64,000 nt of DNA from Candidatus Omnitrophota bacterium (GTDB taxonomy: Bacteria; Omnitrophota; Gorgyraeia; Zapsychrales; Fredricksoniimonadaceae): NCBI GenBank assembly GCA_044225175.1, contig JBGAJA010000002.1, positions 280,991 through 344,990 on the forward strand. The letters run 5' to 3'. Below the pieces are notes generated by a model. That model worked only from the letters and a program-made list of their open reading frames with translations, had not been told where the DNA came from and did not search any database. Of this stretch, positions 27,301 to 29,011 are shown piece by piece (the stretch's first letter is position 1; each line of letters begins with the position of its first letter). The position numbers and the translations under genes were made by a program.

Positions 27301-28430
27301 ACAGGATTGAGAGCATCACACATTTTATTGAAAGAAAAAAGACTAAAGCCGGTTTTCAGGGTTTATGGCATGGACGCGATGATCTTATGGCAGATAAGAT
27401 TCACGATGAATTATGGTCAATCGAAGAGTTCATTTCTGAATATGGATTACGTATGCTACGAGTAGTTTTCATAATATATTGGATAGGGAAAATGGTAACC
27501 TGGCCTCCGAGTAGATATCTCTGGTGGTGCTTTGGCTTGGTTCTTATTGTTGGTACCGTTTTAATGATAATTGAAAAGATAATCAAATTAAGAATCTTAA
27601 ACAAACGGTTCCATGAGATTACAACTGATGTTTCTCCAATTGCAGCCATTGAATCTGGCTGGCCCAAATGGGTAGAGGCATTCATTGGTCTAATAAATAA
27701 AAAATTTGGTCTTCGTAAAACAGGCATGCAGCAGTATCAAGAAGCAGTTGAAATTCTTTCAATGAAATTTGAATCAATTTTAAGAAATCTTCCAGATCAA
27801 ACCAATTTCACAGTGGAGCAATTGCAGGAATCTTTTGCCCAACAAGATTTAAATAGTGATTTCGCGTCTCTATCTATTTTGTTAAAAGAGAATCTACTTC
27901 ATTTTCTTGATGAAGAAGGCCCCATTGATATGGTCGCTACGAAGACTTTCATCGAAGCCTGCCAGTTAGTTGGAATACGAGCTGAACTGGATTCTTTCTA
28001 TGCACAGCATGCAATACTGATAGGTCAGAATAATCAAAAGATGGTCGTTAAATTTGTCTTTGATGTGATTAATCACATCATGATTTGTTCTTTAACAGAG
28101 CACGAAGTGATTAGCATGAGAAATTCTGTTGCAGATATTGTTCGCTCAGAGACAGCCTTAGAATTGCGCAGGAAACTTTATGATTTAGGTGAAGGTGTGG
28201 GTTTCAGAATAGTCTATAGCCAGCTTTTTCAATATAAGATTCTTCAATTTAATGTCCAGGCTGTCATAGGTAATCTTGATCCAGAGAAACTTGCCGAAAT
28301 TTTTTTTGTACAGTACCCGGACGATTCTCGGGACTCTTGGCACGCGATTTCTAAGAAGGATGCTCAAGGGCAGAGAATAACGAAACCCATAAAAGATATC
28401 TCCAATCCTCAAGAGGCTTGGATCAGTTAG
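1..28430 (+). CDS. Giant multidomain polytopic membrane protein, 5-prime partial, more than 9,470 aa. It contains nucleotidyltransferase, phosphoglycosyl transferase, GT9, SAM methyltransferase, GHKL-like, CPBP protease and HExxH modules plus internal repeats.
   Basis: There is no stop codon in this frame from nt 3 to nt 28430 (stop TAG at 28428-28430). The ORF-track start at 60 is a TTG, and the frame upstream translates ...PADIDIVAIINDNYS..., which continues a nucleotidyltransferase motif. The gene therefore begins upstream of the window. Many hydrophobic helices and recognisable catalytic motifs support a real gene (see the domain features below). Confidence 0.85.
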   Translation, partial: PADIDIVAIINDNYSGKKRLKLKGEEISKKIFHSHYARFTDFVDVSFMTQRQLMEDWGVKTTLANFGIVLKAQDLWDEPLTHARKSHINRLEKAQDLLSESQRILDLNKPYITEGEEALGRVYSRFDQANLFLLKDYPQLALSENKMRKLAVEIRHYLDRSTRFAEKHAMLQSIQNELIESIYLARRELVRRELANLNIKAFQPSVNIRAGPRANLVPISIPAAVMLASIGLNPDPALAKAFIILAMIFFLFLIGKIIISFKNFSWRLHLRLPWTRVRTLTPKEMLETLEDIAMSYQKQWSRVSNQKLFFQRKTRALAKSIVRNTIRVISHTQAPQNNLKSAIVFIQRQFEPKEAGHNKSQIMYETLLLAFWKTVSQKTSMKDQGTNLIVWLDKYISMGLLYYAIIVQMKLLPIAIFSRYVLSRWRIYIEYKKEMNSHFRDDPELQKWVVTMQTMIQEGKKNIDIVNAIKKAPFAHISIDLYKDLLTSSYMNSRSFYLYSYLYIFEEIQRSSSSANREFNMRQTIGMVLGDEGLELFDYVTKRMGVQILFIERKDEDLNDPNFINLRERKVYLNQGSSFVMNAFRFLSLARFFLNHKSLGPYHFLVDVKADKLPLKFLWKLFRNRFKDPTIKDLFNKLTVKERRHYFFVLWHAMGMGTAVSWIKWDYTYLVVRKLKLLEQTSIFLSEIHLSKQRIQNINSDYSLSSPAPPKRLASKAMILPAIRLFIRRIHYLPYLAFISVIYVPIIAAIDWSRLRFLADPFIWLFNKLIELAEFLNLKELARILKKIAHQINEALQGVWHMVENWAMNVWEVIGPYIMNVAHAAEGLLHYLISPAAFMLGAVVIILTYFVTKLMFKFILRKSSERIVWVGATVNILKKLNNDPILKIIGIVANKISVWVGGLFFIGGAIAITTEALAFIGKHLLLRWDYLRGFKYKISLSDDSYKAFFKMIHEMFSRIQSHLPKDLNEDYRKLVVEQILKKEEEIKELMTQLITSGMRSMEENITSAAPVASLRNDHWINLILAPMDLLSKDINARLETWHSMGIPFTHVHFYFTCGSFFGMALLILIFLPREFIKIYVEDIKRLFRFIFTKRINSLSSELKKLRGLQDIDFTLEIAEKRLGRFTYVIKAYGQEFNTRLGVFTSVSKLFIRTFFNKPRPYLLPAPHISKAFSPGEDAKNIEEGSPSQSRDVDSRDKIQTTTVFMGSLSVMRAGPEIHSVDSINWTYELAHRYGPVLSHDLVLILGAFVLIVMLFFNRIITEWIFKFISKSNARILNKDSNPLKIRMTSIENHTIVIQYSRNKFTNIYRSTDNDVLLMDSQRRSKDIFVYKAAQAISIKEDQKLRHGDIEILVEPGSMVTIKNFGKKPIKIMTESELSLDDQDYFRRGTAVVLGGGYLLLVFNRILFDFNLIEVAGLTLALILFLVKRTDDDKPTKLNYLIYRILNRTENIINYIDDFFRRTNKKRFFLIPQFFRSWKPSTQSFNDDQIDFVVSYLHGLVASRKIFSENDLIWTYRLAKSCIQVRQIDRFVQEHLEKWARESRDLRVLSAIITGWIQAPQSRGGIDRLTQILIKTHGFSKKTVTSSLLMKIAKQGADQARYESVDDDVSDDRVPSYRKQLRDRSIYKHQRFGLQKKILRRVASIDVTRLKAFLEEELSNISSQKNSTQGCVKTIIVFGSFLYGTRREPTDLDVYVIVEGVEVKQLVKKTVNIPRYVFSDEYSRLTRFADLHFMNREELIRDIGFRTSAANVGIVLRGEGLRDEPLTNARSSDFNRLVRASTAMKHGMKMIESTVEHDRRYPDAIPVWRAKAWRRITESHLFIQEVDSSVTAHEDFIEELLYGMERYNEDPHKNHDDFQWQLKRTHALVIASLHYARMSLVWRYLRSVRPPQVPTIRHKRAFGITVLPVVLSGLFTAACSIIFIVRHQLSMEYESLVNIGARLEILIPILLLSGIFAVPFRRNSKKSAVIKIQGKPEEEYLLMLRFFFVNLLSINFRLMQITTQESPDRRKFRPIIKDLVNISRNFKERLSATQKAYDQESIPYKRNLLSSRIEWMTIMNTKLIRAWGLLTDKANGPAVSQILLFQADSLFKRYTQAHLKKVERDRIRLRSRHLDYPTGKGRIWTNVKENVDKLTRWAHTSTKISKGMEITSPQVIEISFKSRWQMNRSNGHALNSVMANQKKFQLIVETLQELEKQLITYKEKGSIDPPLLMQLFDPIVRLLDQFIGRDTKTIIEELELAASAWQTAEMLLKSKNWKWGMTTISWAKRFFEGRLKELQQQRIYYEQNKLLPTFGMTFERNASIFQRVVEIETDGKWNTTVITRLIKDLEPNQDPDIVLILNSLMDAQKHYVQGKRVRASKYLAEAKLRVGNSNLLYEFLMIYRDHVKGFILDGYLLKDAHHTGFIKAFEQFLLDHPQEVRFKAVWTYRFFQAVFVRFKVEAPKQKGKRVIKIPNPLFIWFSKLIETIESKGFFQLPKAEREKIPYQIAQELELDLPPTKVEETIKAVTSYIPNTQHLPIAANSVDQWLIDLGLQALNYSRNTLFNRRGTRIFIRALNLHVQQMQDVIEWIAEQSKLRGRIVYAKPTPNKTPEGEEIWHLISSKTYARLDPKDRKVYHKLENIPDPHLKWLGIDREDLRRTFTLEIARQAVELGKETGNQTMVDIYQPFLDWLQQSYRPDPNESSISMQEPFAYIEGNAIVMASIYSKLSPHLERRVQEHERLHLKHPTITDEMVICQKHAQAVLMDQIKTISTFKGTSFSSRDFQNKIKAILAYEGKSKEKVQKFIRVAIKTMAQLVQDNDQLQIFYGLLGEIIGVYQVLFSQNTVLEGLDLGDIKEINLELAINGKPREMDCVTSRALIEIKFQLTWYKLLEQIINNRKDGGSSYLASLEWESLGFGHIRKIIYFGYKDYGSMAQGLIEYLKNHPADLSHLKFTEEGFRFEISFQKLFDFLFSKEIQKAVQEENRRRSLVSYWQERSQAVFELIQRLAHRLSEEPKTLVIAVHQARKKDLAILRNLGKGVTSQSDSKEEFLSYRTSKYMQFFYTIWPKTLGHLKGIGMIPSEHESHVIIRNGDNQPKWTISLEDLRRALEDIYSLDTSSESVLSTEEVIDLVWVKYSEPTETLGLEAQRTWLLENKIQNQEWSLEEIDYRLEKLFEAIQMDELFNLEIDQLNIKKSIEQNGFLNLPEDKLIALASKIKEYHAHLQEFFDLLYQACERFNQMAQKERERHNRLGIYDRQRILLQVLLTWNPTDRYLRRKLAFISNLLGQQDQAEAILLGVRPRAEDDVIEAANVKLDMARHLYGQLKIDLMYRRSALGEILEEILSKSRQGRDILRTFILSHKKGSPIHKLSMVYSKLASFHELIGTIYNRLSMTAYLRKSQEYNLMAFQSMVHAVSLTVQALKMDSNNWHAIRKLPMILSLTQRTIQNLKITIQNSENIYKSLEELKKALGDLNIPSFQSHKARIDEIIQEKLEICLFYENLSGRFVAVTIEMLKKDLYTTQEDLIKAILANSELGKEDEIRRLEEVFRHRMRELDLIALDMAIIYFYFELEEELRDLEKLPAYLQMVTGLEKIQIRDIKDRVVNKKDFYALLGIEVTEKTTTEEEPQNILYNKTNIRHFLIQDPLRLEQLYERLQQLRGWMKYKEFQSLYDLYQQVKDKVTDFLNQGNDVIESSKKEVTPQLAKLRNLRVGPQGYVTQRQQLEQKIENVVRKVKEQLSQGKDQLMQYFKIIQEVEAIYKSKWIKEVKARIESAIKEMELLQHSQNKNYLSRWRYQELLNQRTHYDVILAPLFEHRGLLKEIHQIIQEVEGMLAQKDILNGHMSTWALMWQAIKESYEDVAFEDQAFVQISMSKFEMMIFAKKLRKTVKTNQDFDTLRKRHGELEKTYMLHNGIYLNPSTEYSFKEKEIKDLLSQWQQKYEEWMALPFDSKNFIPYALRVKVIYKELLESIKDIQEKIRILVNEKNSVLLVQIEDLEKFVNEFFVWIEGEILPTYKGHTRSKTNLHQFMKIFRNYIHSLKGILATDVDDKNYLRLVAQGTEKLNCLASLAVSLQVIYNEELGCIKNTLLKYVPRFETRSNEYDLAESFSASIFGVKQNHPSSLTYRISQAQSELRKWLNYKDGPMPYWEWSNVNFITLNVYLFLWSNNNSLPIPPLYEVVQKAYKDIVSRRLEVFQKNPNPLRKPMTTISILKGWRTIQGVLNRVLTNHIEGWSFLLIKRKFGDVFNKAQSIKENNAKKLSVHIWPLMLIGMGLTIGQQYGIYGIRAGAQSQYVLGSQQILFSVLGVLSGILALLVVGLILIFLSDIWRAFKDPNSKIYRILDVVLTVLMIPLWIPVSFLMGLYVFVLLKHHGSSQSVLFKQERIGHQDQPFMIYKFCSIINTSNGKEIVLKHLRKSGLDEIPQVINIFKRQMSLWGPRPVRQEDIDNGRYPDYSLEIRRRLPGYLSLFVLDRGAGDGHSPKDQKTIEAQGKRFQELSQREYEHWSPILAISLILEFGFYLLKFIVRLFGFGNKLRGPPSLIINDVKILPTLTPEDTLELPPPSDLKDKGFLTKSIFIKDQIQQGQLSTIVLPDFPYNSPILIRIFEWLDGDESIRELMDIVYGYIPSLKLFNHVSLITLLDEVRTWKPKNLIATIGAQTNTREEIQRRLFDAINHGATGVLVVSGGGAWRRIFTGIVSILNILSPLLITVFIARIIQRKYLSMDSMKILELISEMKQRGQIAQTITVWAVANPYRDSIKRIEHKIECGAQRILIQPPILWELFTSWWREAQTSKLKEKIIVGIPYIASLKSLEFWFFLMNIKTSNWPFFRNRLTQDAYNLQQQFIQVQKLGKKAEETFIEQWNADFKSRVHHLSGFIGGHHMPVMAWGRVGRKEINEMRDKLQTLLGTVIEWGGNSYSVDANMVVLHRVLSVLLRMIDEKKIDLKGTSALIERIFFIHTIAPNSSQLMIDPRPLYRNKKFIGRFDILFDLRQLGKLSVSALEKNIVMVLNINSQEVPSKALMLSDPAPISQSRILWQFNYAFWRNLKGHLDATGQDFDASIAGSPDSNDQYVEYLAKRFLIKLIAAIKQEPSQRYFFLEIGSAGAKFVQLFLTKLMAYVPQYGLSLKDIQEHFTYILADYSPQIIKKTQQEIGLQFKGVAIEYELLSTTNTIPQLKSKYGQRVLCAHSTNVYDNLYGDKVGKLNGRNYMVEVMVTLPEEGMVRIVKEFNLDKDAFQRDLREYLLVRKNVDEFLLVYQMLFIQREQPLQFCLFWQALWREIKLPARLVMMDDLRNDMTINTIPESGRIIHEALSKYKGNIEIFVPSQAIESGLNVLDLLHPEGIFEVTDIAVTRIEEYALDPRKAVPLFFDGSIVFWFNAALFAEFAKSHYQNFSMDVQSLKAFDKNKAHMSLTTMTVNCPPIAISLVGFIASIAFGITNFENFSYGFIGIVVIMGCLGALFSGSEKIKTNPNKIDLEVEQTTMIDTKGNIVKTSKRLKAQELRALPIGYRVTVIKKLDGFKAGFNFAGVNPWFYLGNCRGFTIKVEFEIRTQGPVIVDVKPIKDAKGHIIQEQDQLINGSSIEYDAKGNLVEFRANMSVSEFKRIPKDHRVVVVKKLCRLSGEFNFVRMNPRFIMGKYKNHMVRVHFEIRKDKAFIVNVELIRDAQGNVIKHQIINGSSIEYDAKGKLVQFRVNMSLKDFKKIPQGHRVIAFKKLEKTDGRFIFARTIWFYLIKYKQYTAKVEFFTHAKGNQTIQNVVLIRNTDGEVIPEIIPLKFQSKYRPMIREANWSVGRKGRAHKTTVMGTQREQDGYQTVSEREMIGVIETHIKTHFRNMNVPRVMRFLRELSEVPIQDRSEFIKRKAQAAHITIKNFEKVLRELRKHLSGLITGFDPPPATKAKRRGHVTFELLSVLTGALLSVLYLSVPLSRTTYVFNVFSAPSLFTLVLGLFFIRLIFPQRQDYSETIEEKVTVLNGAGDIIKIMKVIRNKELQALPEGYCIVVIKKLSKGLGCFSLAQSNLFYLSNYERFTVEVKIEKKGQELVLMDVKLLKDDQGNNIQKAEQFIEGSLIEYNKDGQVVRFWPMMRLKEFQKITPGHQMVVHRQLDALGGFTFAKPQRWFFLAEVAGYIVKVRFVMREHGAVIIDVKVIKDAEGNLLEDKDTILDGTAVEYDELSQIVQFWPNMDSTEFKSISNGHRLIVVKKLDSSDGGFSFAGVNSWFYLIGYEGYTVQVEFKIAQEGALIINVIPIRNAGGEFVEAKDRLIKGGVFEYDEQGELIKFWNSMTNKHFKNIPKGHRLFVTKNISKSNGQFRFAHVIWFTSTKHRNYTAKVCFYIDQNGNCRIESVNLIRDGKGNVIDEQAFPVATGLIYQHFSIEEQWTEDHKGRKHKTRIAGSPREENSYCIIAGRETTGIIEDYIRQHVDTIRIKVFMNFLRELGELSLKERRIAIQRRTRDWGITVEAFNLVLKGLRKHLLDIMSLAVVIINSKHLFSLHLSSGSSVHINHTIVDALGLKIHAGLVNFSCSLFATVDVMMSSLLGFMSPIRAGPTILGSFVGVDTIGLSVGIGLVALIVCLICVIHTGRVVTKRFKITSMIVSTLFLAVINFWFIAPAISKDSSIVLQLFINSIFFMIFRANTDFFMQSLSQRGFILKQTLFVLPAGFVMGILSGISLLFFNTALTLHESVGWLNVLLGLGWMTGFVFLTYFGVAVLPLLLGKEFKWKDLIQFKDMKAGAPIVATGTAIFSIIFTGFVFITKKVDNPIAYGIINALHIIGLLSIFRWRSMIYRTVVKWVQDGHSKDPPEIIWQTKGSLIVRAALLTFPVLEHYAAEIDSFINNIKIGTIVRYLRNLKKKAGSLSAEEENRFKKFLSTYGQSNTTLQTPLADSLLRTQIRRVIYIEYKDKLGNKTIQSSVMLHAIRRSFPHLKEIVVITEYPGLYDGQERLKTIEVDLVFLNHQTKLAQELAQLAKNASQNDLFISDSEGYLQYLHPRITRSFFCQADNFWDPRSEIFSKIRGADKKQNVIDNQARLRALGLEFEERFDYFYQDSRKLKGKGQVILTRAKGQWRYKFSKPVLIINPHAVFYGIQNWQPRWAALIKRLVQSNDYEIFLTSGTPDNAWDQRRLEEIKTLLARADINNRTYHILPPMTVGPLKAVLSAADAVITVQTGVAHLAEALGKPVIVWTDSPNGVGFLHEETALLRLVLDVDRNEKQPFRFKSIEEIVEETLRKCLELTDSPPSSVKILKSLAWPSMLFAGASGFTAVVLKAEGINFLFNAGFAMMSSLLGFMSPIRAGPVSNSNPFTNPYCQLLLVSLFLIAVLRAGIPCQNLIKFLLSAFFRKRITGLSWIKIGQFKKAIHLGKAVEYLKEQALYEEVKRTTKKGQRTSARWFALKAFPFAIFNKDGEPQLKLMGLSDYVKLYNLAWSMDYVYRLRGLVETVDARIRYDLGEYGFTDRVLDREDYTCKSITLQPLQDGTQDYEEQIIRLRCFISSIQDFVRSKIQNFDHITNMDHILMQLGQNIIQHSRIGILNVSAAFVDGQITMDITQCDVGRGIDLKEESQLRSQNIHQLASDIFNRYFNTRITLFSQGQKFKITGIDALGNLEGPIESFSEAKKGMKAEISFVVLKGGRRQARAHPTAPIIHRPPSGRRPVRSQTALSNVTGLIIIGILGLTATYARAGPVNVPKLSHQFPLNLAVGPNVWPIVIGLIFVVIFAVLIIVFLNRRKEIKHLSGLQEKLSPGRVDRGWAYMNLEVQTFIQETMAKASVQMGKPKILIIGVGGGRILYDMMYLFPGAEFSFINKHPIRISKEEFGEPFKGATSIREFLKYFARNETVHDVDQGLPYSSNSFDLVLVAQHTSMYFKDKLKVLSEIKRVLKKDAVGMVWGWLNSSKFKDEQGSDLLEKDVIESFNSQGDRYYILSYFYFIMVNLRPKNSFPALELIAQGRYQEWPGMAFRYYDTYQTNSKPQPSQTIAIDEKGVVLVHVLGSLPKEGTLYPNSYFDPLFYARKTPLPFLFRCPREIVEFSWNDALKFFHSDDSMAVLIPLSAYKGKDLINLWYTATSHFGPFEIPAGSSLVLPMKHKGNPNLEAIREKGIKIVFFEESMTFTRQTSLDLHVQNNGIYDAITQEIQQMGYKSYELLTRSVTGGLGYDTTFLDASSGIDYLDENTQEATTKIKEQMAQTLGIPSSKSTLEYPVGLITFMMEKMHRDFTDAGYLGTVKIQYKEFLNLARQAYQSLSPEQQSSPTGQRFLQYLSFYSLLLRINDQLKKNPLMPIEPMYDYSSPKRRTSKEIQRSKKRFISFVNKTYRLHFKADHLKTLEDYAQIFESILAKDESIKLAISGERESVANPLAEKDLKSRQISWLWTIGLISAASIFGLQLFIGSSIKDNTTILAIIYMVLIAPILEEVVFRIILFQRLFRPYFGVIVSTVISSLLFALVHLIVERLNVLDFITFFAFGTVYALAYEKTKKFWVPIMAHVINDGLINLCIFYGILDGTAGGISFVAFRGLILVIFVSWLMAGRGNFSKLFDKTSKVDSKLLRWYEQWDDSVKRKIRLFRKKVNIEDVIQERWLGKLESWQKKEILASLKQERKVLSKILGFMAVASAIVILLFVLSKVAISFDLPPMPLTPVFILVLYLTLITHELGHWLAGRWIQYHVKPSPYKKISIHLIPNPPYVAYVDFLPKTEFSPTPAQHILTFQGGPFANLILAMLCSPALAYLVYHGSLFSQLTIGLLLASNLVFFSMYLIKYPSISDGAIVKQTRGILKIVNSMMMLYENIGPLESIEDNDDNQFYLKMGGSIYALVKEDGKQSHADPSIELIYWANSLGIQEPIAVPFRIHGELIKTKTQEPCFVYQGKRYFLYKISNFPQELLIPEDDSLSETRNPLDQRSLNTYKLANVFKDLFIKLWRKFLRKKRSVEYPLDEAVSREHPVICFVLNFLREKDRDEMIMSLESRLTQRQVFLKENIVTADEFISQATVVIESVFELEQLIGHRHENLIGLLKRAYEDLKKGQKIKDWRTSLNQFIDWGFPIEFIQEIVTNREVKDYFVNYRKPFPISRHQGGYSCLEIVFSGMVGGFLCYLGKWWVFAAHLILFWIDGRIIHYFTVKIMSDRWNNRIESITHFIERKKTKAGFQGLWHGRDDLMADKIHDELWSIEEFISEYGLRMLRVVFIIYWIGKMVTWPPSRYLWWCFGLVLIVGTVLMIIEKIIKLRILNKRFHEITTDVSPIAAIESGWPKWVEAFIGLINKKFGLRKTGMQQYQEAVEILSMKFESILRNLPDQTNFTVEQLQESFAQQDLNSDFASLSILLKENLLHFLDEEGPIDMVATKTFIEACQLVGIRAELDSFYAQHAILIGQNNQKMVVKFVFDVINHIMICSLTEHEVISMRNSVADIVRSETALELRRKLYDLGEGVGFRIVYSQLFQYKILQFNVQAVIGNLDPEKLAEIFFVQYPDDSRDSWHAISKKDAQGQRITKPIKDISNPQEAWIS
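4930..5350 (+). other. Domain: minimal nucleotidyltransferase (Pol beta superfamily), copy 2 (inside the giant CDS)
   Basis: The motif IIVFGSFLYGTRREPTDLDVYVIVEG matches the GS-x10-DxD nucleotidyltransferase signature. It is followed by ...ANVGIVLRGEGLRDEPLTNAR..., which is homologous to copy 1. Confidence 0.6.
12735..13385 (+). other. Domain: polyprenyl-phosphate phosphoglycosyl transferase (bacterial sugar transferase, WbaP/PglC-like), TM helices plus catalytic core (inside the giant CDS)
   Basis: Hydrophobic helices come first (nt 12735-13060). The catalytic motifs follow: KQERIGHQDQPFMIYKF, then LDEIPQVINIFKRQMSLWGPRPV, then RRLPGYLSLFVLDRG. These match the conserved Bac_transf blocks (G-x-G-x-F-x-xxKFRTM, DELPQLxNVLxGxMSxVGPRP, PGxTGxxQ). 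Confidence 0.7.
16432..19380 (+). repeat. Array of seven roughly 100-aa (about 300-nt) beta-rich repeats arranged as two super-repeats (3 then 4 units), each ending in a homologous tail of about 110 aa (inside the giant CDS)
   Basis: Unit anchors (P-x-G-H-R-[VL]-x-V-x-K-K-L... then NGSSIEYDAKG-x-LV-x-FR-x-NMS) lie at nt 16463, 16764, 17059, 17930, 18230, 18529 and 18826. Spacing is 295-301 nt. The tails KGRAHKTTVMGTQRE...FLRELSEVP and KGRKHKTRIAGSPRE...FLRELGELS are homologous. Confidence 0.7.
19544..19591 (+). repeat. 48-nt segment encoding MMSSLLGFMSPIRAGP, copy 1 of a near-identical pair
   Basis: The sequence gatgatgtcatctttattgggcttcatgagtcccatccgtgctggacc matches nt 21785-21832 at 46 of 48 positions. 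Confidence 0.8.
20870..21520 (+). other. Domain: GT9-family glycosyltransferase (ADP-heptose:LPS heptosyltransferase-like) (inside the giant CDS)
   Basis: The translation ...VLIINPHAVFYGIQNWQPRWAALIKRL...YEIFLTSGTPDN...VITVQTGVAHLAEALGKPVIVWTDSPN matches the conserved GT9 C-terminal blocks (D-S-G-P-M-H-L-A-A-A-L-G-x-P-x-V-x-L-F-G-P-T). Confidence 0.6.
21785..21832 (+). repeat. 48-nt segment encoding MMSSLLGFMSPIRAGP, copy 2
   Basis: The sequence gatgatgtcatctttattgggcttcatgagtcctatccgcgctggacc is a direct repeat lying 2.2 kb downstream of copy 1. The two copies bracket a multi-TM block and the GT9 domain. Confidence 0.8.
22480..22640 (+). other. Domain: possible GHKL (histidine-kinase-like ATPase, RsbW/SpoIIAB-type) segment (inside the giant CDS)
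   Basis: ILMQLGQNIIQHSRIGILNVSAAFVDGQITMDITQCDVGRGIDL resembles the N-box through G1-box of anti-sigma-factor-type GHKL kinases. Confidence 0.3.
23200..23640 (+). other. Domain: class I SAM-dependent methyltransferase (inside the giant CDS)
   Basis: Motif I is PKILIIGVGGGRILYDM. An acidic post-I residue is present. Later come SNSFDLVLVAQHTSMYF (motif II region) and LKKDAVGMVWGW (motif III). Confidence 0.6.
25030..25440 (+). other. Domain: CPBP / CAAX-protease (Abi) family intramembrane metalloprotease (inside the giant CDS)
   Basis: All three CPBP motifs sit within hydrophobic helices: APILEEVVFR (EExxxR), SLLFALVHL (FxxxH) and MAHVINDGL (HxxxN/D). Confidence 0.65.
25790..26230 (+). other. 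Domain: membrane-embedded HExxH segment, possible M50/S2P-like metalloprotease (inside the giant CDS)
   Basis: LTLITHELGHWLAGRW (HELGH) lies in a TM helix, with further TM helices downstream. This is motif-level evidence only. Confidence 0.3.
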
Positions 28431-28462
28431 TAAAAGGGCATTGCCCAGAAAGGACATTAGCC

Positions 28463-28831
28463 ATGTCAGAATTACGTCAAATCCCCCGATGGCAAATTGG
28501 TGAGAGAGCAAAGGTAACACTTAAAGAGCATGAGTGGGAGGGTAAGTGTTTGCTTGAAGACTTGAATCTTAAAGGATTCAAGATATCTTCGAAAGAAAAA
28601 CTGCCTGCAGACACAGTCTTTGAGATTAATCTAGATCTTAAAAGTTATTTAATTCTTGATGCTATTGTGAAGGTCTGTTGGAAGATGGAGCGTGAAGGTC
28701 GTTATCATTATGGGATGGAGTTTCTTAGAATCAAGGACCAGGACAAGCAGGATATTAGTCAGTATTTATTTAAGAATCATGCAGAACAAGTCAAAAATAT
28801 CTGGTGGTCTAGAGATGGGATTAAGGAATGA
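28463..28831 (+). CDS. PilZ-domain-like small protein, a putative c-di-GMP receptor
   Basis: An ATG at 28463 follows AGGA at 28451-54. The translation has RQIPR (RxxxR), then about 25 aa later DLNLKG (D/N-x-S/N-x-x-G), and a C-terminal YGMEFLRI block, matching PilZ layout. The ORF-track start at 28418 overlaps the giant gene's last codons. Confidence 0.45.
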   Translation: MSELRQIPRWQIGERAKVTLKEHEWEGKCLLEDLNLKGFKISSKEKLPADTVFEINLDLKSYLILDAIVKVCWKMEREGRYHYGMEFLRIKDQDKQDISQYLFKNHAEQVKNIWWSRDGIKE

Positions 28832-29011
28832 GAGAGGTTCTTCTTTAATGTTTTTTAGGCGGATTCTTTCGATCTCCTAATCTGACAAGAAGTTCCCGCA
28901 AAAATATTCCCTAGATTAAATAAAGCCTTGCTAGTAATGGAAATCTATAGAGGTTTGATTCATCAAAACCACTTAAAGGACATGATGAATCATACCCCTA
29001 CAAAAGTGTAT

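Noticed and set aside
2492-28520. Numerous 60-134-aa ORFs on the minus strand or in alternative frames inside the giant gene (for example 2492-2761, 5081-5380, 18672-19028, 21443-21847, 25421-25771, 28185-28520)
   Set aside because: They are fully embedded in a 28-kb uninterrupted frame that carries recognisable catalytic motifs. They are low-complexity, have no motifs, and show no RBS or start context. They are most likely chance ORFs on the antisense strand of a long gene.
28692-28880. 62-aa ORF overlapping the 3-prime end of the PilZ-like gene in another frame
   Set aside because: It overlaps a better-supported ORF, has no motifs, and its predicted peptide is low-complexity.
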